From Adineta vaga (lineage: Eukaryota > Animalia > Rotifera), in NCBI GenBank assembly GCA_021613535.1, contig CP075497.1, positions 2,046,001 through 2,110,000 on the forward strand: 64,000 nucleotides of DNA, read 5' to 3'. Positions 12,450 to 25,711 of the stretch are shown here, one piece after another. The notes under the pieces were generated by a model, which did no database searches, had not been told where the DNA came from, and was given only the letters and a program-made list of their open reading frames with translations. The position numbers and the translations under genes are program-made. Positions within the stretch are counted from its first letter, which is position 1. Every line of letters begins with the position of its first letter.

Positions 12450-13813
12450 CTAAAAAAGGAATTTTCTTCAATAAAACCATTGTCGGAATTTTTGAAGTAC
12501 GATAAACTATTTGTGAACAAGTCCATTTGGTTGATACTAAACTTTGAGAAGGAGATAATATTCGACACCTTCAATTTTATCTACAGTCAAGATTCAATAC
12601 AAACCTAAATACTTCATACTGAACTTAGTGGAATTAATTTCAGATTTATCGATAAAATGAAATGATACATCCTTTATGAAAGTATAGGTGAATCTATAAT
12701 TGTTTGATTAATAAAATTGAGTAAAAGTTTTTATTTTCGAGTAAATTCGATGACTCATTTTCTTCAAGATCATTTCGACTGGATGATATGTAACCGATAA
12801 ATATGCAAAGACATCTAGCGCTTAAATGTGAATAATTATGCTCAACTTTTCTTGTAAAAAAGAAAGAACAAAAGGATTTTTTCTATTCGAGAAATTTACT
12901 CCAATTGAAACTGTTCAATATTTATTTATTATTATTATTATTATCATCATTTATTTTATCAAAGATATGAAGATCAGCTTCTGAATATTGTTTGAAACTC
13001 ACAGCAACGGTTTCTCTTCGGGATAAATTTGTCTTTACTCTAACAATCAATGATTGAAAACACCATTGTCAATAGAATTAACAAAGTACTCTTTCGCAAA
13101 TGAAATCTTACATTTTATTCATAAGAAACACATTATTATAGTTGTTTTGTTTTCTTCTGTGTTAATAAATTCATTAAACAAACTCATTTATGATTTGTTA
13201 TCTTTCTTTCACTCACGTGCTAATCTTGACAAAACATCATATATTCTCATGTGATTCTTTCGAAAATATCTCATTGGAATGTGCACTATCACGATGATAC
13301 TACTCAAGTTTTTTTTTATCGATTTACGTTAAGATTTTTTAATCTAAATATGCAATAGACTTTCGCATGATTTAATATGAGATTCATTGTTTTTTTTATG
13401 ACGTGTTGCTTTGTATTTCAAGGTAAAACAATACCCATGTTATACGTAAATGTCTTTCGACGACGGTTATCAAATACGAAACATGACGAAGAAGGTTCTT
13501 TTTTCTTTCCTATACTTTATTTCGTCGTTGTTTTTTTCAACTGTACTTTTCGTTTTGATTTATTAGTTTCAATGAGTAATACTTCCGTTGAAATGGGCAA
13601 AATATCACAACAACTGGCATACCATGTCGGAAGAAAAACCTATTGATTACATTCACCATTTAACCTCAAGATATTTTCTTCTTTTACATTTTAGCGCACT
13701 CATTTTGTACTCCATTCTTACATATATGTGAATAATAAGTGTCATAACTTGGCAAAAACTGAGAGAGAGAATGAGAGGGTGTGTCGTAGAAAAACGAAGA
13801 AAAAAGCAGTATA

Positions 13814-13821
13814 TGACGTCA
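13814..13821. promoter_or_regulatory. palindromic CRE/ATF site TGACGTCA
   Basis: perfect palindrome about 280 nt upstream of the ATG at 14100; a second copy lies at 14394-14401 in intron 2. Confidence 0.45.
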
Positions 13822-14099
13822 TTACACAGCGAAGGACGTCCAACAATAATCATCTCCGACAAAAGGAAAGAACGAGAAAAAGCCTATTTACATGCTGACG
13901 GTGTTCTGATCGGCATACTATCGACGATGTTTTAGTAGAACGAGAGAAAAAAAAACTATAGCCATAGACAACTATATATACTTGAAGTTTGTTCTTGTAT
14001 TTCTAATAAGAATTTCTATAAGAAAAACGCGTTTTATTTTCTTAGAATTCCTTTATTGAAATAAAAACTCAACAAAAGAATTTCTTTCGTTAATACTAA

Positions 14100-14865
14100 A
14101 TGGCTTCAAAATTGTTCAGTCGAACACGTCCAATAAATTTTGATGCGAATCCTTCACCGGAAACTATGTTTCATCTTCCCATGAGTCCTAGTGAACCTGG
14201 TAAATTTGATTTCTATCGGTAAGATAAATCTTCTTCAAAATTCTATGACAATTTACTTTTATAGAGTACATCTCGCTAATCAAAATTGTCATAAAGATGC
14301 AACGTTAACGGATGCTTCCGACAGTAAGTTACATTAATAACTGAAATCGATTCTCTCAGCGCAGAAAAGAATCTCATATAAAAAGAAAGAAACTGACGTC
14401 ATGATGATTCGGGTACATTTATTGTGTACTTTACCCTTTTCTGTTCTGTTGTGAATAGAATTTCAAAAGAAATAATTTTTATTTGAATTTATATTTTCTC
14501 CTTTAGCTCCAACATTGTCTTCATCTTCATCGACGACAACGAGGCGATGGACTCCATTCGCCAATATTGCTCCTGTTGAAACACCGAAAATTTTCTCATC
14601 GACGAATTCTACGTCGTTAAATTCCAATTCTACTGGAAGATCCCATACAATATCAACAATGGATTCTAGTGTTATGTCTAACACTAATTGTTCACAAAAA
14701 GAATCAATTCCATCAACATCTTCGTTTTCATCGTTGACTGATATTGTCAAAAATGCTATGTATAGAAATCAATTAACAACTGAAGTGAATCAAATGCGAC
14801 GACCCATTAGTGGAACAACACTATCAACGAAAGATCTTAATCATTTATCTCCTCAATCAGCGTAA
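14100..14865 (+). CDS. small Ser/Thr-rich uncharacterised protein, 178 aa; exons 14100-14218, 14265-14323, 14507-14865
   Basis: GTAAG donors and YAG acceptors join three exons in frame (537 nt). Confidence 0.65.
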
Positions 14866-17157
14866 AACGAAATTTAGGATATGTTGAACATGTTTTTCTA
14901 TTTATTTATCTGTCAGATAGGACAAAACTCGCTTTTTTTGTCTCTCCCTATACTTTTAGCGCTTGTCGCTTTTCATATGCTAAAAATAAATTCTTTTTTT
15001 TTTGTGTTGTATTCATTCTATTCTGTCTTTTAATAATGTAACATCATTTCCACATGGTTACTCTATTTTTCTTAAATTTCAGTGAAGAAAAACTATACGA
15101 TTCAATAGAAAATTCCTTCTTTTATTATCTAAACTTTTATCTCGTCATAGAAAAATAACATATGGTAATAACAAAAAAACACACACTTAAAGTATGAAGT
15201 ACAAAGAAAAATAACAGTGGGCGTGTTTTCTATCATTTCTTTTCCTGGAAGATAGCGTTTTGTATGAGAATTAAATAGTAATTATTCGATAGATTTGTGC
15301 GTCAATCCGACACAAAAAGGTCAACGAGAACTGCAACATAAATCAAGCGATACTTGGTAGATCTTTCGGAGAAAATATCGAATAAACATTCGATGTTTTT
15401 CAACATAGACAATTGTTATTTCTTTATGTCATCATAACTTCGTTTTGTTTTCTCGCTATTGGATAAAAAGAGAATTCCGTCTGAATGCATAAATTAAGAA
15501 AAATAAAGTTCCTTCCGTTTTCCTCAGGAGATTTATTTTATAAATTTGACAAGTCATGACTTCACTCCAAAACATGATTTTCTTTCTTAATTTGAATAAA
15601 AACGTCGTCCTACGATGTAATATATAAATAAAAAGCAATATTGTGGAACATTGTATCTTTGTTCTCTATGATAGAGTTTCTCGCTTTTGATCTATAAACA
15701 ATGAAAGACTATTCTTATTTTTATTAAACATGTTACAAAAGAGTACAATTTGCATTTTATATATATATATTGTTCGACGAGATTTTATTTATCGTGTTAT
15801 CTGTTTTGATGGATGGAGAAATGGAATTTGAATATGCATCTATTAACTGATTTAGCCACTCTTGAGGAGAGATTGATTTTCTCCTTTTCTGTTCTTTCCT
15901 CTGTTGATTTACGACTCAGAGAAGATTTTTGTATTCTGGCTTTTTCCAGAAACCTCTTTTTTAAAAGTTACATCATGTGCGTCTTCTTGTTGCGTATGTT
16001 GACATTGTAGTTTTCTTCTAATCTTTTTCTTTTATATGATAGAACCTGATAAGTATCACTTTCTTTTAAATTAAAAGAATATTTTTTTAATGACCTCATT
16101 GATCTTGAATGAATGAGAATACAATGATTTGCTAATATCAATGGAAGATTTCCATCTTCTTTAGACAACTTTGTCACATGATGGATTTAATTAATAAAAA
16201 GCAATGAACTAAGGTTAAGAAAAAACGAATAGACAAGTTTTTGTTTCAATTTTTTGCAACAATATACTAAGAACATTAGTATCTTAAATCAATCGTAATT
16301 AATTGTTCCTGTCATATTTCTTTTATCAGGTTGAATGATTTGATTCCATTTTTATTGAATTCACTTATCTATTTATGCTTGATAAAATATCTATCCGACG
16401 TGTTTCCATAACAAATGAAGCTCTCTCCTGAATAAGACAGAATACTATTTGAATTACAAATTCGAACAAGGTTAAATATGATCATATGATCAATATACAA
16501 TCGATAATTTACATTTAAAATTTCAAGATGAAATCAAATCCTATCCTATTGAAATTCGAACGAAGAAGACTCTTGATTTATCATATATATTCTTTCAAAT
16601 AAAATTTCATTATTATATTTTCGAGGTTATTTTTATTACGAATATGAAGTGATCAAAAGAAAATATTTCATCGTTAACAAAAAAGAATGTATGCAAACAT
16701 TGAAATTTTTTCTTCTTATTTGATTTCGATGCCATGAGAGAGCTTCAGAGATGAAATTAGTTTTGAAAGACGGACCATGTCTGATTGAAAAATAATAAAT
16801 TTTGCGCCTTTCAATAGGTATCTACTGTTCGTCATCGTCTGTATAAGAAAAAAAAGGAAAGGAAAGGAAAGGAAAGTGTAATATAAGGTTTCTCTCATTG
16901 TCGTCATCTTCAATTTTGAAAATCTATAACGAAGAGAGAAAAAGAAATGACTGACGGTATTCTTTCATTTTCTTTGTTCTTCTCTGTGGACATCTTTATG
17001 TTAGTAGTGACGATGACAATAGTATATTGAGAACATGTATTTACACGAATAATTGAAATTTGGAAGAGAAGAAGAAAAAAAACGAAGAGAAGAGAAATAA
17101 GATTACCTCATACACATTTGGACATATTGTGAACAACTGATACTCTTCGTTTGAAAA

Positions 17158-20100
17158 ATGCCGTCGAATGATTATTATAATCAACAATATCGTATTGGAA
17201 AAGAAACAAGTCGAAGAAGGTATTTCGTAGAATCAGTTGATTACTAACATTCCTTTTAATCAATGAGTTATACAAATTTAATGAAAATCAAATAAAAATT
17301 TTGAATAATGATAAATAAATATCATGAAATAATAGATTGTAAAGAAGAGCTATAATTACTTGTAATATTTACAAGAGCAGATGTTTATATGTATTATTCT
17401 ATTGAAGGGCTTGTTAAATACATCTGGCAATATACAAAAAAAAAATTTCTCTCTTCTTATCTTCTTTATTTGATCCATACATTGACTGGTTTGTCTCTTG
17501 ATTTCTTTTCTCTTTCTAATGTAAATTTAAATAAACGAATAGAACTAATAAAAAAAAATAATAACCCAGTCGGTTGCTTAGTATCTGGATGTCTGACAGT
17601 TTTTTCTTCTCTCTCATTTTTTCTCTCGTCTTCTTTTTCCTCTTCTTCATTACACTAAATGATTTTAATGTTCATCATAGTCGACGCATGTCTGATGTGA
17701 TAACACGTTTCTTTTTCTTTCCTCCTGTAGGATATCCTGTCATCTTTTGCGATTTTCCTCTTCTAAATAAAATCTTATTCATATTCTTAGACTTCCATTT
17801 GATTCCACATCAACGCGTATGTCATCAACGGCAGCATTAAAACGTACAATTCCAAATAAAATTCGTTATCCCCAATCGAATTATCATCATGAAATATTCC
17901 TGAATAAATCCTCCTCGTTCTCCTCCTCATCATCATCATCAATTAAAGAAGATGAAGATGAAATGAAAATTCTTGATGAAACTCTTCCTGAAAATGATAT
18001 CAATAAACATAGATCTACAAATTCAAATCATCGTCATATAACAATGAATAATCATAAAAGCAAAAAAGATATCGGTGGTCCATTAATACAAGAATTACTT
18101 GAATCAAATATGAATCTTAAGTATGTACTTCTTAACAAGGAGAAATTCATTCATATGTTTGATATATATATTGAACTTCCTACTTGATCATATTCCTTGT
18201 ATGTAGAAAGGAGATTCGTGATATTCGTCGACAAATTAAACATGCTAATGGATCAAACAAACAACATATTGAACGTGCTACAATCAATTCAAGTCCTTCG
18301 CATAAAACGAAGGTGAAAGAGAAAAATTTTCATAAAATAAATTTTTATTAAAATTTTAGAATTTTGACGAAGAAGAAGATTGTTCATTTGCACCACCAAT
18401 TGAAAATGATTATTATCAAGATTCATCAATGACAAAATCAAAATTACAACAATATAAAACTGAAGCAGCAGTAAGGAAATCTTTTAGAATAACAAAAAAA
18501 ACTGATTCCATTCATATCAAATTATGTAGCTATATAAGCAACAAGTTGATCAATGCCAAGAAACGATTATTCATCTTCGTAAAACAATTAATTCAATGGA
18601 AAAACGAATGGAACAATTGTAAGTTGAAAGAAAACAAAAATTTTTTAAAAAAAATTCTTCAAAATAACTTTTAGAAAATCTATCGAAAATCGACAAAGAG
18701 GAAATGCATCTCATCAACATGAAAGCTATCCTTCAAATTCGAATAACAATACAGACCATCGAGTAAATTACATTTCTTTTCAAAAAGAGAGAAAAAAAAG
18801 TAGAATATTTAATATTTCATTGAAATCATTCTGTCAAAATAGTTTTCTATTAATTAGAGAATTTCCACTTCACATCATTTGAGAGAGAAAAAAAGTGTTT
18901 CACACAATGAATTTATTATTAAAGAATTTTATGAATAATTATGTATCATGTCATTAACGAATATTAGATGAGTTATGTTAGAGATGTAAAGAATGATATT
19001 TTATGTGTCATTGTCTGTATCGATAAGTTCTGCTAAGAATTTCAAACTATTCTATAAGAAAAAACTGAAAACGTATAATTCTCTCTTTAGTTCATCCATG
19101 AACTCTTTCATTTATGTATTAAATATACTCCACGATCATCTAAATTAAAAACAACTGTTCCAAGTCATCAAGACATGAAAACATATATCCGACAAACATT
19201 TACTGATTTAATTCGTACACCATCATCATCAAAGGTAAAAACAAAGACGAAAGATTTATCTTTGAAATAATGATTGAGTACGATAAACCGCTTGTTGAAG
19301 TATTTCAACACGTTGACGTATTTGAGGTTTAATTAAATATCTTCCTTGTCGTAATTCAAATGGAATATGAGTAGATGAACAATGATTTAAATGAAGAAAT
19401 GATGTGACAGAATATTCTTTGGAAATACTTATATGAATATTTGATTTTGCTATTCGACGACCAATTATTGAATTGGGTAAAGGTAGAACATTGTTTATCA
19501 ATGGATGTTGTTCATTCAAGAATGAATTTTCTTGCATAATTAAAAGACAAAAAAGAATTTTATTCATTTATTTAGATAAGCGCCAATAGAAATCACGATA
19601 ATGGACATTTCATTTGTAAATGTTCAGATCGCGTAAGTTCTCATTCTATTTGAATTCTTATGACCAATAATTTTTGTCTGTTTTAGAGTCAAAATGATCA
19701 TCGTCCAACATATCAATATTGTCTCAATTTAATTGAACAGTGTCAATCTTTATTTGATGTTCCATGTTATACACAATTATCAACAGCTCTAAATGAATTG
19801 TATTATCGACATGGTGAATTAGCGAATTTTAAACGATCAATTGCAAGTACACTTGGTGTTACTGGTAGTTATAAAATAAGAAAAAGAAAATGAGAAAAAG
19901 AAAGTTGATTTCTTTGTAGAAAGTTCAAGATTAGTTAGTTGTCCGAAATTAATTAAAACTTTACAACAAACATTAGATGATGCGAGATCAAATGAATTGA
20001 TTACATTCAAAAAAATGGCAAAAATTAATGATATGAACGAGTAAGAATGACCTTTTTTTCAAGAATTCAATCATCAACTTTCTTTTAGAGCTATTTCAAA

Positions 20101-20460
20101 AATTCGTTCGTATGATGATTTTGTTCCTTATTATCATCAATTTATTGAACAAATGGCAAATTTACTTGGTAAAATCATTCTTTTGTACAAATCAAAGAAA
20201 AGTTCTCTCTCTCTTTCTTTCCAGAAGTATCAAAAGGTGATGAAATTATGCCCGCAATTAAAACTCTTAAATTACTTGCCCATACGGATAGTTATCGTCC
20301 AAGTTTAACTTCTCAGAATTTAACACGTACATCATCATTGAATACTCAAAAAGAACCTTTGGAAAAATCTCTTCCTCAATCTCGATCACTTCGTATTCTT
20401 TCATCGAATGAACCGAATATTGAGGATTTATTGAAAACAAATGAAGAAGATTCGAACTAA
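17158..20460 (+). CDS. CEP70: CEP70-like coiled-coil centrosomal protein, multi-exon (middle exons uncertain)
   Basis: C-terminal QSLFDVP..LNELYYRHGELANF..YDDFVP..EIMPAIKTLKLL resembles the CEP70 C-terminus; coiled-coil exons upstream. Confidence 0.6.
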
Positions 20461-20976
20461 ATGTCGTTTATGTATTTGCTTGCGTGAATTTAGTAATAGG
20501 TGCTTTTCTTCTCAATGTATTTTGTAAGTTTGATTATTATATGAAAGAAAATAATTCATTGAATTATTTGAGAATAGAAAAATTATATAAGAGGAAATAT
20601 TAAATGTGAAAGAAAGAGGAACACTTGTGAAGAATTAATCGAATCAAAAGCCTACCCACTTACACCACTTGATTAGAAGACATAGATATGTCCTTTTCGA
20701 GGTTCGTTTTTTTCTACAGTTATAATTTGAAAGAATATCATTTTTATTTCATATCTTTTAAAAAAACGGCATTATTACCAATTTTATCACACATCTTCAT
20801 ATTAATATTTGAAAAAAGACAGGAACATATAAGACATGCAATTCTTCATAGAAGGACAAGAATTCTTTTTTTACATAATTCCTATTCAATAACACTATTG
20901 TATAAGTAAACAAACCAAAATGCATACGATTATATAATTTTTAAAGAATCTCTTCGAATTTAATTATGAATACATA

Positions 20977-21218
20977 GGAACTTACATTGCCTATTTGCGA
21001 TGATAGCCTGAAATCCTCTCTGTAAGCGAGGGGAGAGGTAGAATTCCTCGACTTAAAATCTACACTTACTTATTTTTCTGAGATTCCACCAAGTAAGTTT
21101 TAAATCGAGCGATTTTGGCCCAACCTATTCCTTCTGTCCTTCATTATAGAAATCATCCAGTTTTAAGCAAAATTCCATGATTAACATGCTATTATCTCAT
21201 ATGGTCTATGTAAGTTCC
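20977..21218. mobile_element. foldback/MITE-like element, about 240 bp
   Basis: terminal inverted GGAACTTACAT / ATGTAAGTTCC plus internal inverted CTCGACTTAAAA..ACTTACTT / AAGTAAGTTTTAAATCGAG; no clear target-site duplication. Confidence 0.55.
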
Positions 21219-21585
21219 ACAATTGAGCCTGAGATGAAAAGCTTTTCTCAAATCTCTCAAGTATAAATGAACAAATTGCAAATTAAAGACTTCGAGTTTT
21301 TTCTTCATCTAATTTTCATTTAATAATAGTATGACATTCCAAAAAGAATCTATGGCAAGACAGAAAAAAAACTCATGAACAATGTAATCAACAGGTAACA
21401 ACCATCGTTTCAACATTAGACTACTTTTTCATCATTCATTTTACAAAAAAACACGAATATTTCGTTTTTCGAACACTTATTTACATGAAAAAAAAATGGA
21501 ATTGATTGTACAAAGAATAAATACAAATCTATTGAATATTAGAAAGTCACATTTCTAATTTGATATTAAAAAATGAATGAGAAGT

Positions 21586-22743
21586 TTACGTATGTAATCG
21601 TTTTAATGAAACTGTCTAAAAGGAAAACGCAAATCTTATTCAATGAACTGAAAGATATCTTCACTTACTTTTTCACTTTTCTTTCTGATTTTTTCGCATT
21701 TCTTCTTTCCAGAACAATTTGGTGAACCAAGACGAGATTGATAATTTTCATCTGTTGATTTTCTTGATCTTGATGAATGAGATATATCTTCCTCAGCAAT
21801 ACTACTAAACAAACGAATTTTAAAGATTTCAATCGATTAGAATGTCAAACAAAATTTACCTGATACAATCAATAGTAATCTCATCTGTTGAATCTTTTGA
21901 TTTATTATTATTTTCTTCTACTCTACAACGAATTGAACAATCATGTTGATTATAACCTAAACAAAAAAAAATCGTGTATCTTTGATTTCTTTTCATTTTC
22001 AAATCTACTTTTATTCAAATGTTCATCGTGTGATCTTCTTTCAGCTAGAACTCTTAACAAAATAAATGGAAAAATAGATTTCTACGTTTTCAAATCAAAA
22101 CTTACTCTTTATTCAATTCAATTCGTTCAAGTCGTACTACTGGTCGAATTTTCGCTGGTGTACCTAAAATTCCATCCAATAATTTTTATCTTTTCCATTC
22201 TAAATTCAATTCAATTTTTACTTGATTCTCGCTTTATCGAAGGTTGTTCTTTCGATAAAATTGAATCAACTTTGTCAATATCAAATTCTGTTCCATCTAA
22301 TACTGATTCACTTTTAATAATTACTAAAACAAAAGAAGTTAAAAATCAATGAATTGGAATGGAAATCAAAAACCTTTTTCTTGTTGAAAAACTGCAATTG
22401 CTTTATGAAGTCTTTCTAAAACAGGACGAATTTGTTCAATAGGAACTAAAGCTGATGTATTTTGTAATAATAATGTTGATGCTTGATGAACAAGTTCACG
22501 ATAAACAGCTAAATGTTGTTCAAATATTGATTGATAAAGTGTTAAACTATTTTGAAGTTCATTAAGTACAACTGTATTTTGTTTTTTCTCTTCTTCATAA
22601 TAAACATCATGAGCATTTAGATGATATAAACATAATAAACGATCACAGTGTATTGTACAACGAAATAATCGAACTAATTCATGATTTGATGAGGATGATT
22701 GAGAACATTGAGGATCTTCACAATGACCAAGAGCAGAGATCAT
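21586..22743 (-). CDS. uncharacterised protein with N-terminal Cys/His (B-box-like) motif and coiled coil, multi-exon; 3' end approximate
   Basis: HCEDPQC..RCTIHCDRLLCLYHLNAH followed by heptads; successive GT-AG introns. Confidence 0.6.
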
Positions 22744-23103
22744 TTTTATCTAAAAATAAAATAAACAAAGAATGTCACATATGCATAAGAGATAGTGTTA
22801 AACATCTTCAAAATGAATCATTCTTTGAGGAGAAATAAAATGAATGAAGAATAATCTTTTTTAAGCGACATCTAGATTCGATGGATTGACCCGAGAAACA
22901 GATAGATAGAAAAATCAATGAACTAGAACGGATGACACGGATATATGAATGACCGTTGTCATGTTAATTAAACTCAATGAAAATGAATAGAAAAGATGAT
23001 TATTTCTTTTCTCGTTCGTTTTGTTTAAATCATAAGTTGCGCAACAGATTGTTTGTCTATATAGCAATATGTTACATTCATTTAAAACACTTCTTATAAG
23101 AAA

Positions 23104-23470
23104 GTCTTTTATTCAATGTTATTCAATACAATATTCATAGGTTTATGTGAATAAATCGAAAGACTTTGATGTTTTTCTATTTGATCACAACGAGAAATTT
23201 GTTTCTGGGATAAGTTTGACTGGAATATGCGATGAAATATCACGTATTCAACAGAAATCGTCGTCAGTTAAGATTCGATCGACAATTTCTAAACTTTGTA
23301 AAATCATTGATTAATTAAACCGAAGATAAGAATTCGAAGAATTCATTATTGAAATAATAATCAATCATCTTGACCTATTCAATATTAGCAAACGCATTCA
23401 CGTGAAGATAACCAATTCGCATCATACTTTATCGTTATGAATATCAAGATTCTCACTAAACGAGATTTTA
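23104..23470 (-). pseudogene. deleted, decayed copy of the LRR-like membrane protein gene at 31160-33288
   Basis: colinear nucleotide matches to about 31157-32040, e.g. GTTTCTGGGATAAGTTTGACTGGAATATG and ATTCGATCGACAATTTCTAAACTT, with internal deletions. Confidence 0.8.
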
Positions 23471-25711
23471 TATGAAAGAATTTATATTTATTGTGCTTAT
23501 CAATGAGTTATCGCTTTGTTGATTTTCTATTATTTTTGGTTGAAATTGAACAATACGAAAAAGAAAAAGAAGACGGATGATAGTGTAGGTAAGATTGAGA
23601 TTGATATGTAAATATGTTATCCTCATCCACCCTCATTTTCAAAAATTCCATGGGATTGTGTTCCTTTCCATTATGGTTTTGAATCAACTTCAATTATGCA
23701 GAGAAAGAACAGTTTTATTTATAACAAATTTTGTCTTCTTCTGATACACAATGAACATTATTTCGATAAAAATAGTTTTGATTCTTTATTTACAGCAATA
23801 AGTTTTCATTTCCAAAATGTAATATTTCACATAGTGGAACAGATATAATCATTAATAAAACAGAATGATATTAAATGACGAGTATTGAAATTGTTATCAT
23901 CAACTACAAGTCATAATAATGGTTCAATATGTTGTAAACGGTGACATAACAAAAGTAGTTCGAATTTTCTAATTGTACATGTTTCCTCAATAGTCATTTT
24001 TCTAATACAGTTTGATTTTGTTTAATAGATATTAAATTCTCTGTAAAAAGAGGAGGCATTGTTCTAAAGGTAAAATGCGGTTAAGATCATTTGCGAAAAG
24101 CTAGTCTTTTAAAGTAAGTTTAGTAATATTTGGAATATAATCCGTGCATTGATTCATTAGTTTTTTCATTTTTCGGACTTATTCCATTGTGTAATTTATA
24201 ATTTTTTCTTCTAAAAAGTAAAGAACATTATTATGTGATCTTATAGATTGAATAGAAGATTCTATATTCTCCATATTCTTTTTCTTCTATCTGAAAACGA
24301 GAAAACTATATTGTCGTTTAAGCCAAAATTCAAACTGAAATAAATGAACTTATTCATCAAATGATGTTTTTCGATTATTATTATTATCTACAATTCCTTC
24401 GATTCGAACATTAAAAACACGTAAATTTGATAAACTGGCTTTCATACATCTAATATCTTATGTGATGAATAGCATTTCAATAGAAGGAAAATGATTGATA
24501 AAAAATTGTTCAGAAATATCAACTGCTTCGGATTTGAATTTAAAAATACATACGTCAAACAAATTTGCTGATAAGTGACGAAATTGTGATATTAGACAAA
24601 GAAATTATTATGGCTGTACATACAAGAAATAAATGTTCATTATCATGTATAGTTATTTGAATGCACAGCATGAAAAACTACAAAAGATCTAATATAGTAA
24701 GTTCCATCGGCATCGATAATAAATATATTCAAAAAGAAATATGTGTGAACTCGAGATAGAACGACTTCACCACTCGCAAATCATTCTTGCTCTAATAATT
24801 CTCTGAATGTCAAAGAGAGAATAGAACTAGAATATAAGTATGGATCACTATGTAAACATGAAACTCTCTTTGTGTTCACAAATGCACCTCACCACATTTC
24901 ATTAAAACTCGAATATATCGAAAATTGCATCCAGATGCAATTTATATCCTACATTGTGTCTATACGTATTTCTTAGTTGAACCTGATATGGAAACTTTTC
25001 TTTAGAAAGTTTCTATTTCATGTGCAAAGATATACGAATACAAAATATCTTTCTATCATTAGACATCAAGCGTCAAATCCAAGAAGCAACTACATGAAGT
25101 TGTAGAACTCATCACCTACTTTATCTTCGCAACGACATCAACTCTCTAGTGTTCCAGATATAGTAAAGATTTGCAACGCACTGAAATATTAAAATAAACT
25201 CTCTATCACGAGAAATATTCAAAATAAAGTTCGGATGTATATTTTGTTACGTTTTTAATCACAACATAATGTTTAAGAAAAGATTTCCCAGTCGTTCCCA
25301 ATAGATCAGCGATGGCAATGAGTTCAACGAACCCATCAAAACACTTATAAGACGCACCGACCGTTGCCCTTCTTCTTCATAATCATTGCATTGTTGAAAA
25401 TTTTTCAGAAGACATTATCGTAAGAGTAGACAGTTTCAGAAAATATCATATGATACCCGTCAAACTCCTCGCATAACTGATAACCTCTAGTGCATTTCAA
25501 ACACACGATTTCACTTTCTCGGGCATACACAAATCAATAACTTAGATGAAAAGCCACCTCTCACACGCCGAACTCATGAGTTTACCACGAAACACGATAT
25601 ATACGATTAATACGACTTCCAAGCACACTGCATTCATTTTTCGACCATCAGTTTGTTCTAAAATAATTTTTCACAAAAAAACACTACCAAACAATGTCCA
25701 ATGAGCCCGAA

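Noticed and set aside
23820-24560. Protein-like minus-strand fragments with stops (similar traces at 16330-16625)
   Set aside because: Possibly decayed genes, but no identifiable motif supports a call.
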